From the IMG/VR virus record IMGVR_UViG_3300035144_000004, positions 1 through 60,965 of that record: a stretch of 60,965 nucleotides of DNA, one strand, 5' to 3'. The notes under the pieces are model-generated. The model was given only the letters and a program-made list of their open reading frames with translations. It had not been told where the DNA came from and ran no database searches. Positions 44,522-54,479 of this stretch are shown here, piece by piece; positions within the stretch are counted from its first letter, which is position 1, and each line of letters starts with the position of its first letter. This DNA comes from a virus (Duplodnaviria > Caudoviricetes). The position numbers were made by a program, and so were the translations under genes.

Positions 44522-45259
44522 AGGTTGCTACTCCTTGTATTGAATTACTACTATAAGCCCGATACCGCCTTTTTAAAGTCGAGATATCGTTTTATTGCCA
44601 AATACGCCCGTAATTGTTCAATTTCATCAGTTAATCTTTCGTTCTCCCTGGTCAATGCTTCGTTCTCTATCGACATGCGCCAGATGATGTAACCGAGAAG
44701 CAGGAAGGCGAACACGAGGCCAATGGTTATTGAGATAATCATTTGTCGCTCTTCTCTCCTGTCATGGTTACAAGTTGGTGAATACATTTCCCGGTCGCAA
44801 TCGGTTTCCATTCCCGCGCGGCCTGCTGACGAACATGCTTTGTGATCTTCAGGTTGCAGACATGCTTGCACCACCAAGCCGCGCAGTATGGGACGGTTCC
44901 CTTGTATTTCAATTCCTCAGACATTGCCAAGCTCCCTAATGAGGGTGTTTTGCTGGATCAGGTTCACGAGGATGATAACTTCCGCCTGGGTCAGTTCGCC
45001 GATCTCTTCAACGATGTCAAGTTTGCCCTCCATGGCAATCGCGTTGAATACCTCCACGCTGCATTGCGCCGGAAACGTCAAGCCCTGAAGCGTCTCAAGC
45101 TGCTCCGTAGTAAATGCGCAATCCTTCAGGTTCTCGATGATGGCCGCACGGAGTTGAGGAAACAGGCGGCAGGCGGTCTTTGCCCCATGGTTCCGGGATC
45201 GGTAGCCTATCTCAAGGGCTTCGGCGTCCCGTACGTCTATTAGGGGGCTCACGGTGGTC

Positions 45260-45784
45260 TTAGTCATTGGGCACCTCCTTTGCGCGGTCTGCTGCGAGTT
45301 GTATAAGTTCTCCAGCAGGAATCCGTTCAAACTTTTCCAGAACAAATTGGTGTAGTGGCTCGTCGTCCCATCTCTTAGTGAGACAGAAGAACTTTCCATC
45401 AACACTATCAATCATCACATAGAGATTGCCGTCATGCTCAAGGCCGTCACCAGTTTGCCAAGGCGATTGTTTGGGGCGGCAGATATAGTGGTACTTATCT
45501 CCGGCAATTGCTTTATGCCAAGTACCGTTAGTTCTAAGATACTTATCACCCTCCTTTGCTGCAACACAGAAAAAATAATCAAACTCTTCCTCATTGACCT
45601 TGGCTTGCCGGAACAATTCAAGTGACTTCTGCTCAAGCTCGGTTAGTTGGGGTTCATTCCAGTGAGCCACAAAAGCGATACGCAGGCAAGCGGTGCATTG
45701 TGCTATCTTCTCAGACCACACGCTAGTCTGGTGCGTTGCAATTATATCGCAACCGCAGCTACATGATTTCAGTTCTTCAGTCAT
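45260..45784 (-). CDS. Hypothetical protein with Lar-like Cys N-terminus
   Basis: MTEELKSCSCG...C..C. Confidence 0.5.
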   Translation of the reverse strand: MTEELKSCSCGCDIIATHQTSVWSEKIAQCTACLRIAFVAHWNEPQLTELEQKSLELFRQAKVNEEEFDYFFCVAAKEGDKYLRTNGTWHKAIAGDKYHYICRPKQSPWQTGDGLEHDGNLYVMIDSVDGKFFCLTKRWDDEPLHQFVLEKFERIPAGELIQLAADRAKEVPND

Positions 45785-46131
45785 TCGCTTACTCCAGTAT
45801 TAGGCACCCACGAAAGCACACGCTCCGGGGATAGCCTTTTCCTTAGTTTGGTGTTGGTTGGTTGGTTAGGTGTCGTGTGGTAGCTGGTCTGCGGTTGAGC
45901 AACCCACTGCCACGGCTCGTTACTGTTCTTCCTGACTCGCACCGCCACATGGTACTTGAATCCGCCTGCCGCTTTGGGATCTAGATTCGACATATGCCAG
46001 ATCTCAGCATCATAACCAGCGTCCTTGAACGCGGCATACTGACTCAATACAATATGGCGGCACAGGGGACGCTCAGTGTGGCAGCAGGACGAAAGAGCCA
46101 GAAGGCAAGCAATCAATAATATAGTTCTCAT
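45781..46131 (-). CDS. Putative lipoprotein with transglutaminase-like Cys/His motifs
   Basis: MRTILLIACLLALSSC lipobox; LCRH...YHVAVRV...WVAQPQ. Confidence 0.55.
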   Translation of the reverse strand: MRTILLIACLLALSSCCHTERPLCRHIVLSQYAAFKDAGYDAEIWHMSNLDPKAAGGFKYHVAVRVRKNSNEPWQWVAQPQTSYHTTPNQPTNTKLRKRLSPERVLSWVPNTGVSE

Positions 46132-46152
46132 TTTCCCCTCCCCGGTGGGTTG

Positions 46153-46446
46153 TTAGTTTTCTTTAATCCAAAATTCAAGAAAAGTCAATGCTTCCGCGTT
46201 GTCCTTAACTCTAGCCAACAAAGCGTCTCGACTGTTCTCAAGCTTTCTGACAAGCTTAGTCACAGCATCTTTTTTGGAAGTACTGATGCGCTTGTCGTCA
46301 TGAGGAAGGCGACCGCAATATTCAATCTCACCATCGAGAATGTACATTTTTTTAGTCACCTTTTTTATGGTAGCTGTATCAATCTGTAGTGGATTCTTGC
46401 CGAACCACCATCTTGCATAATAGATTTTCGTTCCAACTTTCAACAT
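46153..46446 (-). CDS. Hypothetical protein
   Basis: GGAG RBS; LKVG.KIY...I.KVT.K pattern. Confidence 0.6.
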   Translation of the reverse strand: MLKVGTKIYYARWWFGKNPLQIDTATIKKVTKKMYILDGEIEYCGRLPHDDKRISTSKKDAVTKLVRKLENSRDALLARVKDNAEALTFLEFWIKEN

Positions 46447-46543
46447 AGTTTATCTCCGTTTAAGCTGCGCAAATGCAGCGGCAAGCGACACGACCGCGAA
46501 AAAGGTCAGGCCGACGATTAGAAAGGCTTCCTGGTAGGTGAGG

Positions 46544-46825
46544 TCAGTCATTGATTACAATCTCCGCATATTTGAAATGAAGGCTGTTGCCATATTTAGT
46601 AACCTTGAGGCCGCATTCACACCGAGCAGACTGGCCATGATCCAGATCTTTGTGGCCGAGACCGCATTTAGGGCAGGAAAGAAGGTCGATTGTCTTGGTG
46701 CCGGTGATTCCATTCAAAAAGGGAACTTTGAATCTTTTGCGAATCTGGTCACAACAAATAGTTTCCTCAAAGACAGTCACAGTCGCATTCATCAACTGAT
46801 TAATGGTGAGAAGTTCTTTATCCAT
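46544..46825 (-). CDS. Small zinc-ribbon protein
   Basis: CPKCG...CECG; AGGAGTAGCA RBS (46831-46840); follows TTGCAT-16-TATTTT. Confidence 0.6.
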   Translation of the reverse strand: MDKELLTINQLMNATVTVFEETICCDQIRKRFKVPFLNGITGTKTIDLLSCPKCGLGHKDLDHGQSARCECGLKVTKYGNSLHFKYAEIVIND

Positions 46826-47027
46826 CTGGTTGCTACTCCTATGTTATTAGTGGATACCATTAAAATAGGCAGATATGGCCATAATGCAAGTAATTCTACA
46901 AGTATTTTTGCAAGTGACGCGATTCAATAAGGCCACTCCCGGCTAAGTACCGAAAGGGGAGGGTGGGAAACGAAACGTAAAAATAAGAACTAGGGTAGGT
47001 ACTACCATAGCATTCGCCGCCGTAATG

Positions 47028-47246
47028 TCAAATTGACGCCGCAAGCATTACAATAGCCTGGGCCTCTTTGATCTGATTCGCGGTGAAGCCCTTTGTTTCC
47101 CAGACCTTGCGCACCCTGGACTCCGAGATGCCGGCCAGTTTAGCCAGTTCCCGTTGAGTCAGCCGGTGGCGCTTGCGGTATTCCTTGATTTGTTCGGGGG
47201 TGATATCGGCGAGGGATCTGTAGTCCCGATATGTGCGTTTGGTCAT
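47028..47246 (-). CDS. Xre-family HTH regulator
   Basis: PEQIKEYR....LTQRELAKLAGISES.V...WE. Confidence 0.8.
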   Translation of the reverse strand: MTKRTYRDYRSLADITPEQIKEYRKRHRLTQRELAKLAGISESRVRKVWETKGFTANQIKEAQAIVMLAASI

Positions 47247-47386
47247 GTTATTTGTACTCCAGTTTTGTGGCGTGCATTTAAACGCCACTTGGTTCTGATT
47301 TCCATCTGTCACATTGATAAAAGGTAGCACCCTCAATTATGACACTGTGAGAATGATAGCCACACCGGGGGCAAGGGTTTACTTTT

Positions 47387-48724
47387 TCAGTCATTGTGTT
47401 TCTCCAGTTGTTCTACCATTTCAATTCGTTTGCCAATCCATTCCAGAACCAGCACTGCAATGCTGTTCCCGGCAGCCTTATACCGATGGGAGTCCGGACA
47501 AAGCACATCCGGCCCCGTAGGTCTACCGTACGGAATATTCGTCCAGTTATCTGGAAATCCCTGCAACCGCTCGCACTCAAGCGGAGTAAGCCGGCGGACG
47601 GACATGCCTTGGTTGAGAAATGTTTGTTGTTTCATGCCGGGTTCAGCAGCAAGCGCACCGGCAATGCTCATTTCTCTGATTTCATTTCTCTGATTCTGCG
47701 CAAACGCTATTGTGTGCACCGGAAGATTTGCATCCAACGGTAGAGACAGATTCTCTACCGTGTCAGGATCTTGTCTACTACTGACGCATATCAAATCGGT
47801 TGCATCCTTGTAATCACGCTGTTTCAGTGTCGAAGAAGAAGAAGAAGACTTGTAGCCGCCAAAATCAGTCATTCGATACGTGCCAACTACCAACTTACTC
47901 TCATCAGCCGCGCCGCGATCCGAGTAAGGCCGCGTGGTAAGTGGTTCAACAATGGCTGTAGATACTTGGTTTTGCATTGGGCCGTTTTTACTCTGACAAT
48001 CCAGTGTATGACTTACGTTTGATTGCTTACCGCCTCCAGGGCCAACTTCAAATGTTCTGGCAATGTTCTCCCCCGCTTTTCCGCTCTTCGGAGGATTCCC
48101 CGACATGCACGGGCGCTCAAATAGAACCGCTGCGGAATGCTGCCAGTCTGCAATATGTCCGACAACGAAGATTCTACGGCGTCGCTGGGGTACTCCGAAA
48201 TATTGAGCGTCAAGCACTCTGTAGGAGAGATTATACCCGCATTCAACCAACGCACTGGTGAAGGCTGCGAAATCGTTACTTTGCAGGACGTCTTCCACGC
48301 AATGAGCCGCTTCGTGTCCGGACACCGCACAAGAACCGCAGTCGCTTTCCTGTTCTCGATTCTCTTCATCTGACCAGCACGAAAAACAGCCGGGGACGTT
48401 TTCCCAAACCATCCACCGGGGGCGTATTTCCGAAACAAGCCTAACGAAGTGCCACGCCAATCCAGAACGCTCGTCATCCAGTCCTTTTTTCTTTCCGGCG
48501 ACTGAGAAACCTTGGCAGGGTGTTCCTCCGAGAATAACGTCAATTGCTTCATAATAATCCTTTCCGTTGATTGTTGTCATATCCCCAAGGTTTGGTACAT
48601 CCGGATAGTGGTGTTCCAAGACGGCACTTGGAAATGGTTCTATCTCCGAGAAGAAGACAGGGTACCAATTCGGCCATGCTACCGAGGGGGCCTCGATGCC
48701 GCTGCATACTGTTGCGAATTTCAT
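47387..48724 (-). CDS. DNA (cytosine-5) methyltransferase
   Basis: CSGIE, GGTPCQGFS, WENVPG, QRRRRIF, RRLTPLECERLQGFPD, YKA.GNS. Confidence 0.95.
   Translation of the reverse strand: MKFATVCSGIEAPSVAWPNWYPVFFSEIEPFPSAVLEHHYPDVPNLGDMTTINGKDYYEAIDVILGGTPCQGFSVAGKKKGLDDERSGLAWHFVRLVSEIRPRWMVWENVPGCFSCWSDEENREQESDCGSCAVSGHEAAHCVEDVLQSNDFAAFTSALVECGYNLSYRVLDAQYFGVPQRRRRIFVVGHIADWQHSAAVLFERPCMSGNPPKSGKAGENIARTFEVGPGGGKQSNVSHTLDCQSKNGPMQNQVSTAIVEPLTTRPYSDRGAADESKLVVGTYRMTDFGGYKSSSSSSTLKQRDYKDATDLICVSSRQDPDTVENLSLPLDANLPVHTIAFAQNQRNEIREMSIAGALAAEPGMKQQTFLNQGMSVRRLTPLECERLQGFPDNWTNIPYGRPTGPDVLCPDSHRYKAAGNSIAVLVLEWIGKRIEMVEQLEKHND
48013..48552 (-). CDS. Nested alternative-frame ORF, M.EcoHK31I beta-subunit-like
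   Basis: 179 aa entirely inside the methyltransferase gene; LSDIL......RFYLSARAC.GILRRAEKRG..LP..L..AL. Confidence 0.6.
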   Translation of the reverse strand: MKQLTLFSEEHPAKVSQSPERKKDWMTSVLDWRGTSLGLFRKYAPGGWFGKTSPAVFRAGQMKRIENRKATAVLVRCPDTKRLIAWKTSCKVTISQPSPVRWLNAGIISPTECLTLNISEYPSDAVESSLSDILQTGSIPQRFYLSARACRGILRRAEKRGRTLPEHLKLALEAVSNQT

Positions 48725-49089
48725 TTACCACCTCAATCTATGGGTTGTATACGTAGAGAAGAGCAGGAGTGTCGTAGTACACTGTCACAAGGAGAAACTC
48801 CCCCAAGTCAATCATACTATAATCCATTCCGTCATCTGCGATTGCATAGAGAAGACTGCCAGCGTAGTCATCATCCCTTATAATTACAGTGAATTTGATA
48901 TCGTCTGAAATCAGGTAGTCTTGATTGTTTGATTCCAAAGTCTGCTTCAGCATATCAACGGTTCTTCCATTCTGCATTACTTTTATTTCCCTCTATTGTT
49001 ACTCTCTCTGTCCGTGACGTTCCCAATGACCGCCGCCAGTATCAACGCGATACCAGCGGCCCAAGCTTGGATGGTGGCTCCGAAGATGA

Positions 49090-49293
49090 TCATTTACCTT
49101 TCTCCCAAGTCTCAACAATGACTGTTGCGCCCGGCTGGTCAATCAGTTTGGCAATGCGCTCCAAGCTCTCAAGTTTGTCGGCCATGTGTGCGCTGGCATC
49201 CTCAAACTCTTTGAGACGTTTAATGTCCCGGCTGACTGTCAATCGAAGACTGATTAGGTCGTTGGTGGTGATCTCGGTTTGATGTTTCGGCAT
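49090..49293 (-). CDS. Hypothetical protein
   Basis: AGGAGTAGCA RBS (49296-49305). Confidence 0.65.
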   Translation of the reverse strand: MPKHQTEITTNDLISLRLTVSRDIKRLKEFEDASAHMADKLESLERIAKLIDQPGATVIVETWEKGK

Positions 49294-49340
49294 GATGCTA
49301 CTCCTTTGCGCCGTTTACCCGCGACGCTCGGGTTGGTGGT

Positions 49341-49610
49341 TTATGCCTTGGTGAATGATTCGCCTTTGCGCCATGTAATATCTTGCCCAATGAATACAAT
49401 GTTACCGTTACCATCAGTCATTGGTTTTGGGATATATTTTTTTGTGTCTTGATCAAAATCCCAATCAATCCTCATCTTCATATCTTCTTCAAGTACAAAT
49501 TCAAAACCGTAGGAATAGATAGTATCACCTTTTCGAGGGATATCGTAGTTTGTTACTGCGGTTACTTCGCCATGCTTTTCGGTCTTTCTGGTGTGTTTGT
49601 ACTGATTCAT
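49341..49610 (-). CDS. Hypothetical protein, first gene of the leftward operon
   Basis: AGGAGTAGCA RBS (49613-49622). Confidence 0.65.
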   Translation of the reverse strand: MNQYKHTRKTEKHGEVTAVTNYDIPRKGDTIYSYGFEFVLEEDMKMRIDWDFDQDTKKYIPKPMTDGNGNIVFIGQDITWRKGESFTKA

Positions 49611-49660
49611 GATGCTACTCCTGTTTAGGCGGCGCGGCTTTTCCGCTGTGCCTTTGTATT

Positions 49661-49755
49661 AGAATAGTCCAGAATGGACGGTATGCAAGCTGCTACAAAG
49701 GTTTTTTTGGACTATTTGCAAGATAATTTGACATTAGCAAAAAATTGGGTATGTT
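49661..49755. promoter_or_regulatory. Divergent promoter pair
   Basis: - strand TTGCAT-16-TATTCT (49688-49661); + strand TTGACA-16-TATGTT (49728-49755). Confidence 0.55.
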
Positions 49756-49786
49756 TAAAACAATCATTAACAAAGGAGTAGCATCT

Positions 49787-49975
49787 ATGAATGACTACAC
49801 GGAATTCGAGATTGAAGTGATGAAATTATGGCGGGAGATCTACACGACTGCTGTAAAAGGCAAGAACTTCGGAAAGTCAAAATCGACTTCACCAACACAG
49901 CAGGCCGACAGTGCCGTTGACCTGTTCAAAAAACGATTTGACAAATCCGGAAATGTACGGAGGTGCGGCAAATGA
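49787..49975 (+). CDS. Hypothetical protein
   Basis: AGGAGTAGCA RBS (49774-49783). Confidence 0.6.
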   Translation: MNDYTEFEIEVMKLWREIYTTAVKGKNFGKSKSTSPTQQADSAVDLFKKRFDKSGNVRRCGK

Positions 49976-50579
49976 GAATGGAAGAAACTAGAACAAATGT
50001 CATAATTGACGATGAAGATCTAGGCATATACAGATTTGACGGTTTCGACAAGCGGTCGTACATCTGTGGAATTATGGATGCTTTGGACACGATTGGTATT
50101 TTCGCCTATTCTGTTGATGGAATTGGGATGACCGTATGTGAAGATTGCGGTGTGCCTATGCCGTATTCGGATGACACACATTTTTGCGATAAATGTTCTT
50201 GACATTACCACTTTATACCCTTGAAAGGTAAAAACTCAGTGGAAAAAGAGGGAGAATCCCGAATCAGGGCATAGGTATGGGAATTGTTGTCATCTCCGTC
50301 CGTCGCTCACGCCTGTTCGCATAGGACTGCTTTATTTTAGCAAGAATCTCCCAAATTTCAACCCTTTCCACTATTTTAAGATCCTTACCCGCTTTACCTG
50401 GGAATTGCCTGAGTAAAAACCTACAAATTACCCCAAATTATCATATATTAAGACGTTCATCTCCGCCTACACAGAAAATGTTCCTCTATATTAATGTCAC
50501 TTGCAATATATTAAGATTTAGCCTCAAAGCACTGTCAAATGCGCTCTCCAGTATTTCAATCCAACTCTCATGCGTTCAT

Positions 50580-50607
50580 TTGACAAGCGCCGTTTTTCCG
50601 CTATAAT
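50580..50607 (+). promoter_or_regulatory. Promoter for the terminase operon
   Basis: TTGACA-16 nt-TATAAT. Confidence 0.7.
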
Positions 50608-50653
50608 AACCTCTCAATAGCCAGATATGCACAAACGTACAGAGCAAGGAATT

Positions 50654-51352
50654 ATGACAGACAAAAGAAAGTCGAAACACGGTCGGAAAGGACTTACTGC
50701 TGGAGAGCAAAAGGCAGTTGAGGAGAGGGTAAAGGATGATTGCAATACCAATGTTGAGGCATACAAGCGGGCGTATCCCAAGGCGGTAAACTGGAAGCCG
50801 GCCACAGTTCGTCGGGCATCCTGCACTCTATTCAATAAGCCCAGAGTGAAAGAGGCGTTGGAAAAGGAGCGGGAGAAGATCCGCAGCGTTGTGCGAAAAA
50901 AGATCGCCATTACCGCCGAACGCATTATTGAGGAATTTACCGCGCTCGCCACTTCCAGCATCTCAGACATAATGCAATATGAGATTAAGAAAGGCCCAAG
51001 CGACGTAAAGATATACGTCATGAAAATGACGGAGTTTGACAAGCTGACCGACGAAACGAAACGCGCCATAAAGAAGATCAAGGCCAGGGCGATCCCAAAA
51101 GTCAACAGTGAGGGCGAGACAGAACACATCGTCCAGGAGGTTGAATTTGAAATGTACGACAAGCAGCGCGCTCTTGACTCCCTTGCCAAGCACCACCAGC
51201 TCTACGTTGAGAAGGTTGACGTTCACCACCATGGCACGGTCGGAGTAGTCCATACCACAGTCCAGGAGCTGCGAACCCTTTTTGAGTCAATGACCCCCCA
51301 GGAGCGTGAGAAACACATGAACAAGCTGATTAAGGAGATTGAGGATGTCTGA
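50654..51352 (+). CDS. terS: Terminase small subunit
   Basis: AY.RAY...A..L...P.V, IT.ERII.E...LA, .YDKQRALD.LAKH motifs. Confidence 0.88.
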   Translation: MTDKRKSKHGRKGLTAGEQKAVEERVKDDCNTNVEAYKRAYPKAVNWKPATVRRASCTLFNKPRVKEALEKEREKIRSVVRKKIAITAERIIEEFTALATSSISDIMQYEIKKGPSDVKIYVMKMTEFDKLTDETKRAIKKIKARAIPKVNSEGETEHIVQEVEFEMYDKQRALDSLAKHHQLYVEKVDVHHHGTVGVVHTTVQELRTLFESMTPQEREKHMNKLIKEIEDV

Positions 51353-51528
51353 CAAAACGGCAGAGATGGCGGCTAATCGCCTTTTGGAAAGGTGGTGCAG
51401 ATTGAAAATCCCAGACATATCATACGCAAGATCCGCAAAGCGTCAGCACGTGTTCTTGCAAATCAAAGCATTGAAAGCGAAGATTGCCCTTCTGCAATTT
51501 GAGGCAAAACATAAGGTAGGAGGAGAGG

Positions 51529-51918
51529 ATGTCTGAGCTAACAACAGAGCGGAAAGAGGAATTTCTTGAGGAGTTGACAAAACTAAGCAGGAAACACAAG
51601 ATTGTTATCCGCATAGAGCCCTACGATGGATATTTACTGCCGTTGGATAACGATGGCCATTACATTGAGACCGCAGAAGGTACATTCTGGCATTGTGAAC
51701 CAGAGCCATGTCCAGATGGTTATAAACTTGTCACCGAAGAGGAAATGAAAAAATACAAAAAGCCTGAAACGCCAACCATCTACCTTTTTAGACTGCGCAA
51801 TAGGTCGCCAAGAAAAGACAAATGGCGGAGAAGCAGTAGTACTGATGGTCTTTGGCGGCCAGATGTCGGCGACTACGCTGTTCCAGTTGATCACATCTGG
51901 GAAGAGGTAGGGGGTTGA
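51529..51918 (+). CDS. Hypothetical protein
   Basis: AGGAG RBS; shares KLVT.E...K.K.P with 52533-53159. Confidence 0.6.
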   Translation: MSELTTERKEEFLEELTKLSRKHKIVIRIEPYDGYLLPLDNDGHYIETAEGTFWHCEPEPCPDGYKLVTEEEMKKYKKPETPTIYLFRLRNRSPRKDKWRRSSSTDGLWRPDVGDYAVPVDHIWEEVGG

Positions 51919-51921
51919 CAC

Positions 51922-52536
51922 ATGGAAAAAGTCCTACAAAAAACAAGGCTCTGCGAATCATGCAGCCTGAAAGAGAAATGCCGGACTGTGTGTGATACCG
52001 TAATGGAGAGAAGCAAAAAAGGCTTCGTCTCTTATAAGCAAGAAGTCGGCATAGTTGATATCAAAGGCCACGCTGCATTGCTGGCCAAGGCTCTTCGGGC
52101 ACTCTACCTCACCCGGGACTATGTTGAACCGACATGCGACCTGCCTGCACTTCCTGGGTGGGAGTGGTATGACACCGGAAAGGCGATAGCTGAGGCAATT
52201 CCCAATAGCGTCGAAGCAGCGGAGTTCTGGAGTCGCGTCAAGATAGATACCGAAACTCGCGCCATACGCAAAGATTTAGAAGAGTGGATGATAGAGCGTT
52301 CATGTTATTACAATGAGAATCGTGCTCGGTTATCATTTGATGACTTCATTCAAGAAAGCACGCTCGAAACTCCGAGGTACAACGTAAATGGAGCTTTCTT
52401 CAACGAACTTGTGCGCAATATTGTGCCAGCAAGGGTGGAGTGGCTCACCAAATGCAATGTGATTCGTATAGACGACATCATGAGCGATAAAGAGAAAGAC
52501 GAACTGTTCAACAACATAGAGGAGAGTAGCAGATGA
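51922..52536 (+). CDS. Hypothetical protein
   Basis: 204-aa ORF in the operon. Confidence 0.6.
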   Translation: MEKVLQKTRLCESCSLKEKCRTVCDTVMERSKKGFVSYKQEVGIVDIKGHAALLAKALRALYLTRDYVEPTCDLPALPGWEWYDTGKAIAEAIPNSVEAAEFWSRVKIDTETRAIRKDLEEWMIERSCYYNENRARLSFDDFIQESTLETPRYNVNGAFFNELVRNIVPARVEWLTKCNVIRIDDIMSDKEKDELFNNIEESSR

Positions 52537-53159
52537 AGAACAAAGAAGGACTCGAGATCAAAGTCGGGCAGGTGTGGCTGTTAACGGAGCCGTCTAAACA
52601 AGTTACGGTGGATGCCATAACCGAGAATGGTTTTTATTATGTTGAGTGTGAAGAGGAATGTGTTGGATGTATGCACGCAAACAGCGTATCATTATATGTT
52701 GACACCCTTATCTCAGATCCCGACTGGGGCGACATGACCGCCTGGAAGCTCGTCACAGACGAGCAGAAAGAGAAGTGTAAGGTTCCTAAGTGCGCCCAAT
52801 TTTGGCATATTGGAGGCGCGAATAAATCATGGTATGGCTTGGTTAAGCGTGAAGAAAGTAGGTGGATGTCAGATAAATATATGTGGCGCGTCCCTGCCGA
52901 CTTTGACGACTGGCAACCCGTAGCGCCCAAGAAGCCGCAGTATCGACTTTTTGAGATGGACTGGAACGAAGGCGAATGGTGCGTAATCAAACAAGACAAA
53001 AGAGCATCAGCCCCATTTCCCGGATACATAACAGATGACAAGTGCCGCATATTCGGCTTCACTGATGATCCTGGATGGCGTGACGGGGAACCATATGAAG
53101 TCGTCCCCTGTAATTCCGTGTCGAACTTCAAGTACGCAATCGGCAGGCTGGAGGAATAA
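52533..53159 (+). CDS. Hypothetical protein
   Basis: GGAGAGTAGCA RBS variant; ATGA overlap. Confidence 0.6.
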   Translation: MKNKEGLEIKVGQVWLLTEPSKQVTVDAITENGFYYVECEEECVGCMHANSVSLYVDTLISDPDWGDMTAWKLVTDEQKEKCKVPKCAQFWHIGGANKSWYGLVKREESRWMSDKYMWRVPADFDDWQPVAPKKPQYRLFEMDWNEGEWCVIKQDKRASAPFPGYITDDKCRIFGFTDDPGWRDGEPYEVVPCNSVSNFKYAIGRLEE

Positions 53160-53939
53160 GCATGGACAGTGAACAAGTACAATGCGGCCATTGCGGATGT
53201 GTATACCACTTCTCAGATGACCATGATTGCGTCCAGAAGCTTAAGAGATTCCGGGATATGGATACGGCCATCATCGAGAAGCTACAAGACGAGGTAGAGT
53301 CACTGGAACGGAAGGTCGAGTGGCTTGAACAGGAAATGTCAACAGAGATTGAGGACTGAATCATGATCAACAAACTAACACCTGCACAAGCTTATGCAGG
53401 GTATACGTGGTGTGCATGTGACAAAGACGGCGTCCCTGATGATCTTATTGGCGGGATGTCCCTTGTGGCTGTGCTCTTGGTTATCGCCATAATTGCAGCC
53501 GTGGCAAAGTGGCTATGGAAGCAGAGTAAAAAGGATTGAGTTATGAAGAAGATCGTAGTCGCGCACAGTCAAACCACAGCTGGTAAGGTTGTCACAGCGC
53601 TCGAATCGCTTGAACCGCACGCGGAGAGAAACTATCTTCCCGTTGGAGTCGGCGGTGCCTTATGTGGCATCGGGGCTGAATTGATCATCCTATGCGGTGA
53701 ACTGGTCTTGAAGCAAGAGGCAGAGTCGAAAGTAGTTCAGGAGAAGTGCCGAGACTGGTTTAGGAATGACCTGCAAACTCGTCTGATGCCTGATGCGGAG
53801 ATACTGAACCTGTCGGAATACATTGAACGGTACATTGAGGACTGAACTATGAACAGTAACACAGCAAACGCGTTAGGCTGCCTCGGAGTGTGCGCGGTAA
53901 TCATTACGCTGATCGTGTGCATGACACTGGTGAGGATTT

Positions 53940-54479
53940 ATGGATAGATTTAGTTTTAGATTTTGGAATACTCGAGTAAATGCGTGGGCACCTTGCATGG
54001 ATGGCGTTGACGGATTGAGCATTTTTGGCGAGACGATTGCTATAGGCAGTTGGCTTATTGGAACATCTGTTAAAGATCTCGACAACATCATTGCTGAACA
54101 ATGCACCGGCCTTCGAGACTGCAAACGAACAGAGGAATACCCAGAGGGGCAGTTGATCTATGAGGGGGATATAGTTGAGTGCCTATTCCAGATAGGCAGC
54201 ATAATGTCAACCAAAGAGAATGAAATATGGATGCGTGAAGATATCGACAGCCTGGATCTGAGTAGACTGGGGTCGGAGACTCTTCCAGCAGACGAAATAT
54301 GCAAAGAGTCTACATATTTCCACTATGAAGCTCTTGGCCAAGTTATTTTTGCTCATGATGGCTTCGTTGTGAACAGTTGTGATGTTTCGTTTTATGATGA
54401 AATGGGAGCCTGTTTTTCTTGGTGTCATTGTAGAGTCATAGGCAACATTCATGAGAACCCGGAGCTACTGAGTGACTGA
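53940..54479 (+). CDS. YopX family protein
   Basis: FRFW, EQCTGLRD, IYEGDIV, VIGNIHENPELL. Confidence 0.9.
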   Translation: MDRFSFRFWNTRVNAWAPCMDGVDGLSIFGETIAIGSWLIGTSVKDLDNIIAEQCTGLRDCKRTEEYPEGQLIYEGDIVECLFQIGSIMSTKENEIWMREDIDSLDLSRLGSETLPADEICKESTYFHYEALGQVIFAHDGFVVNSCDVSFYDEMGACFSWCHCRVIGNIHENPELLSD

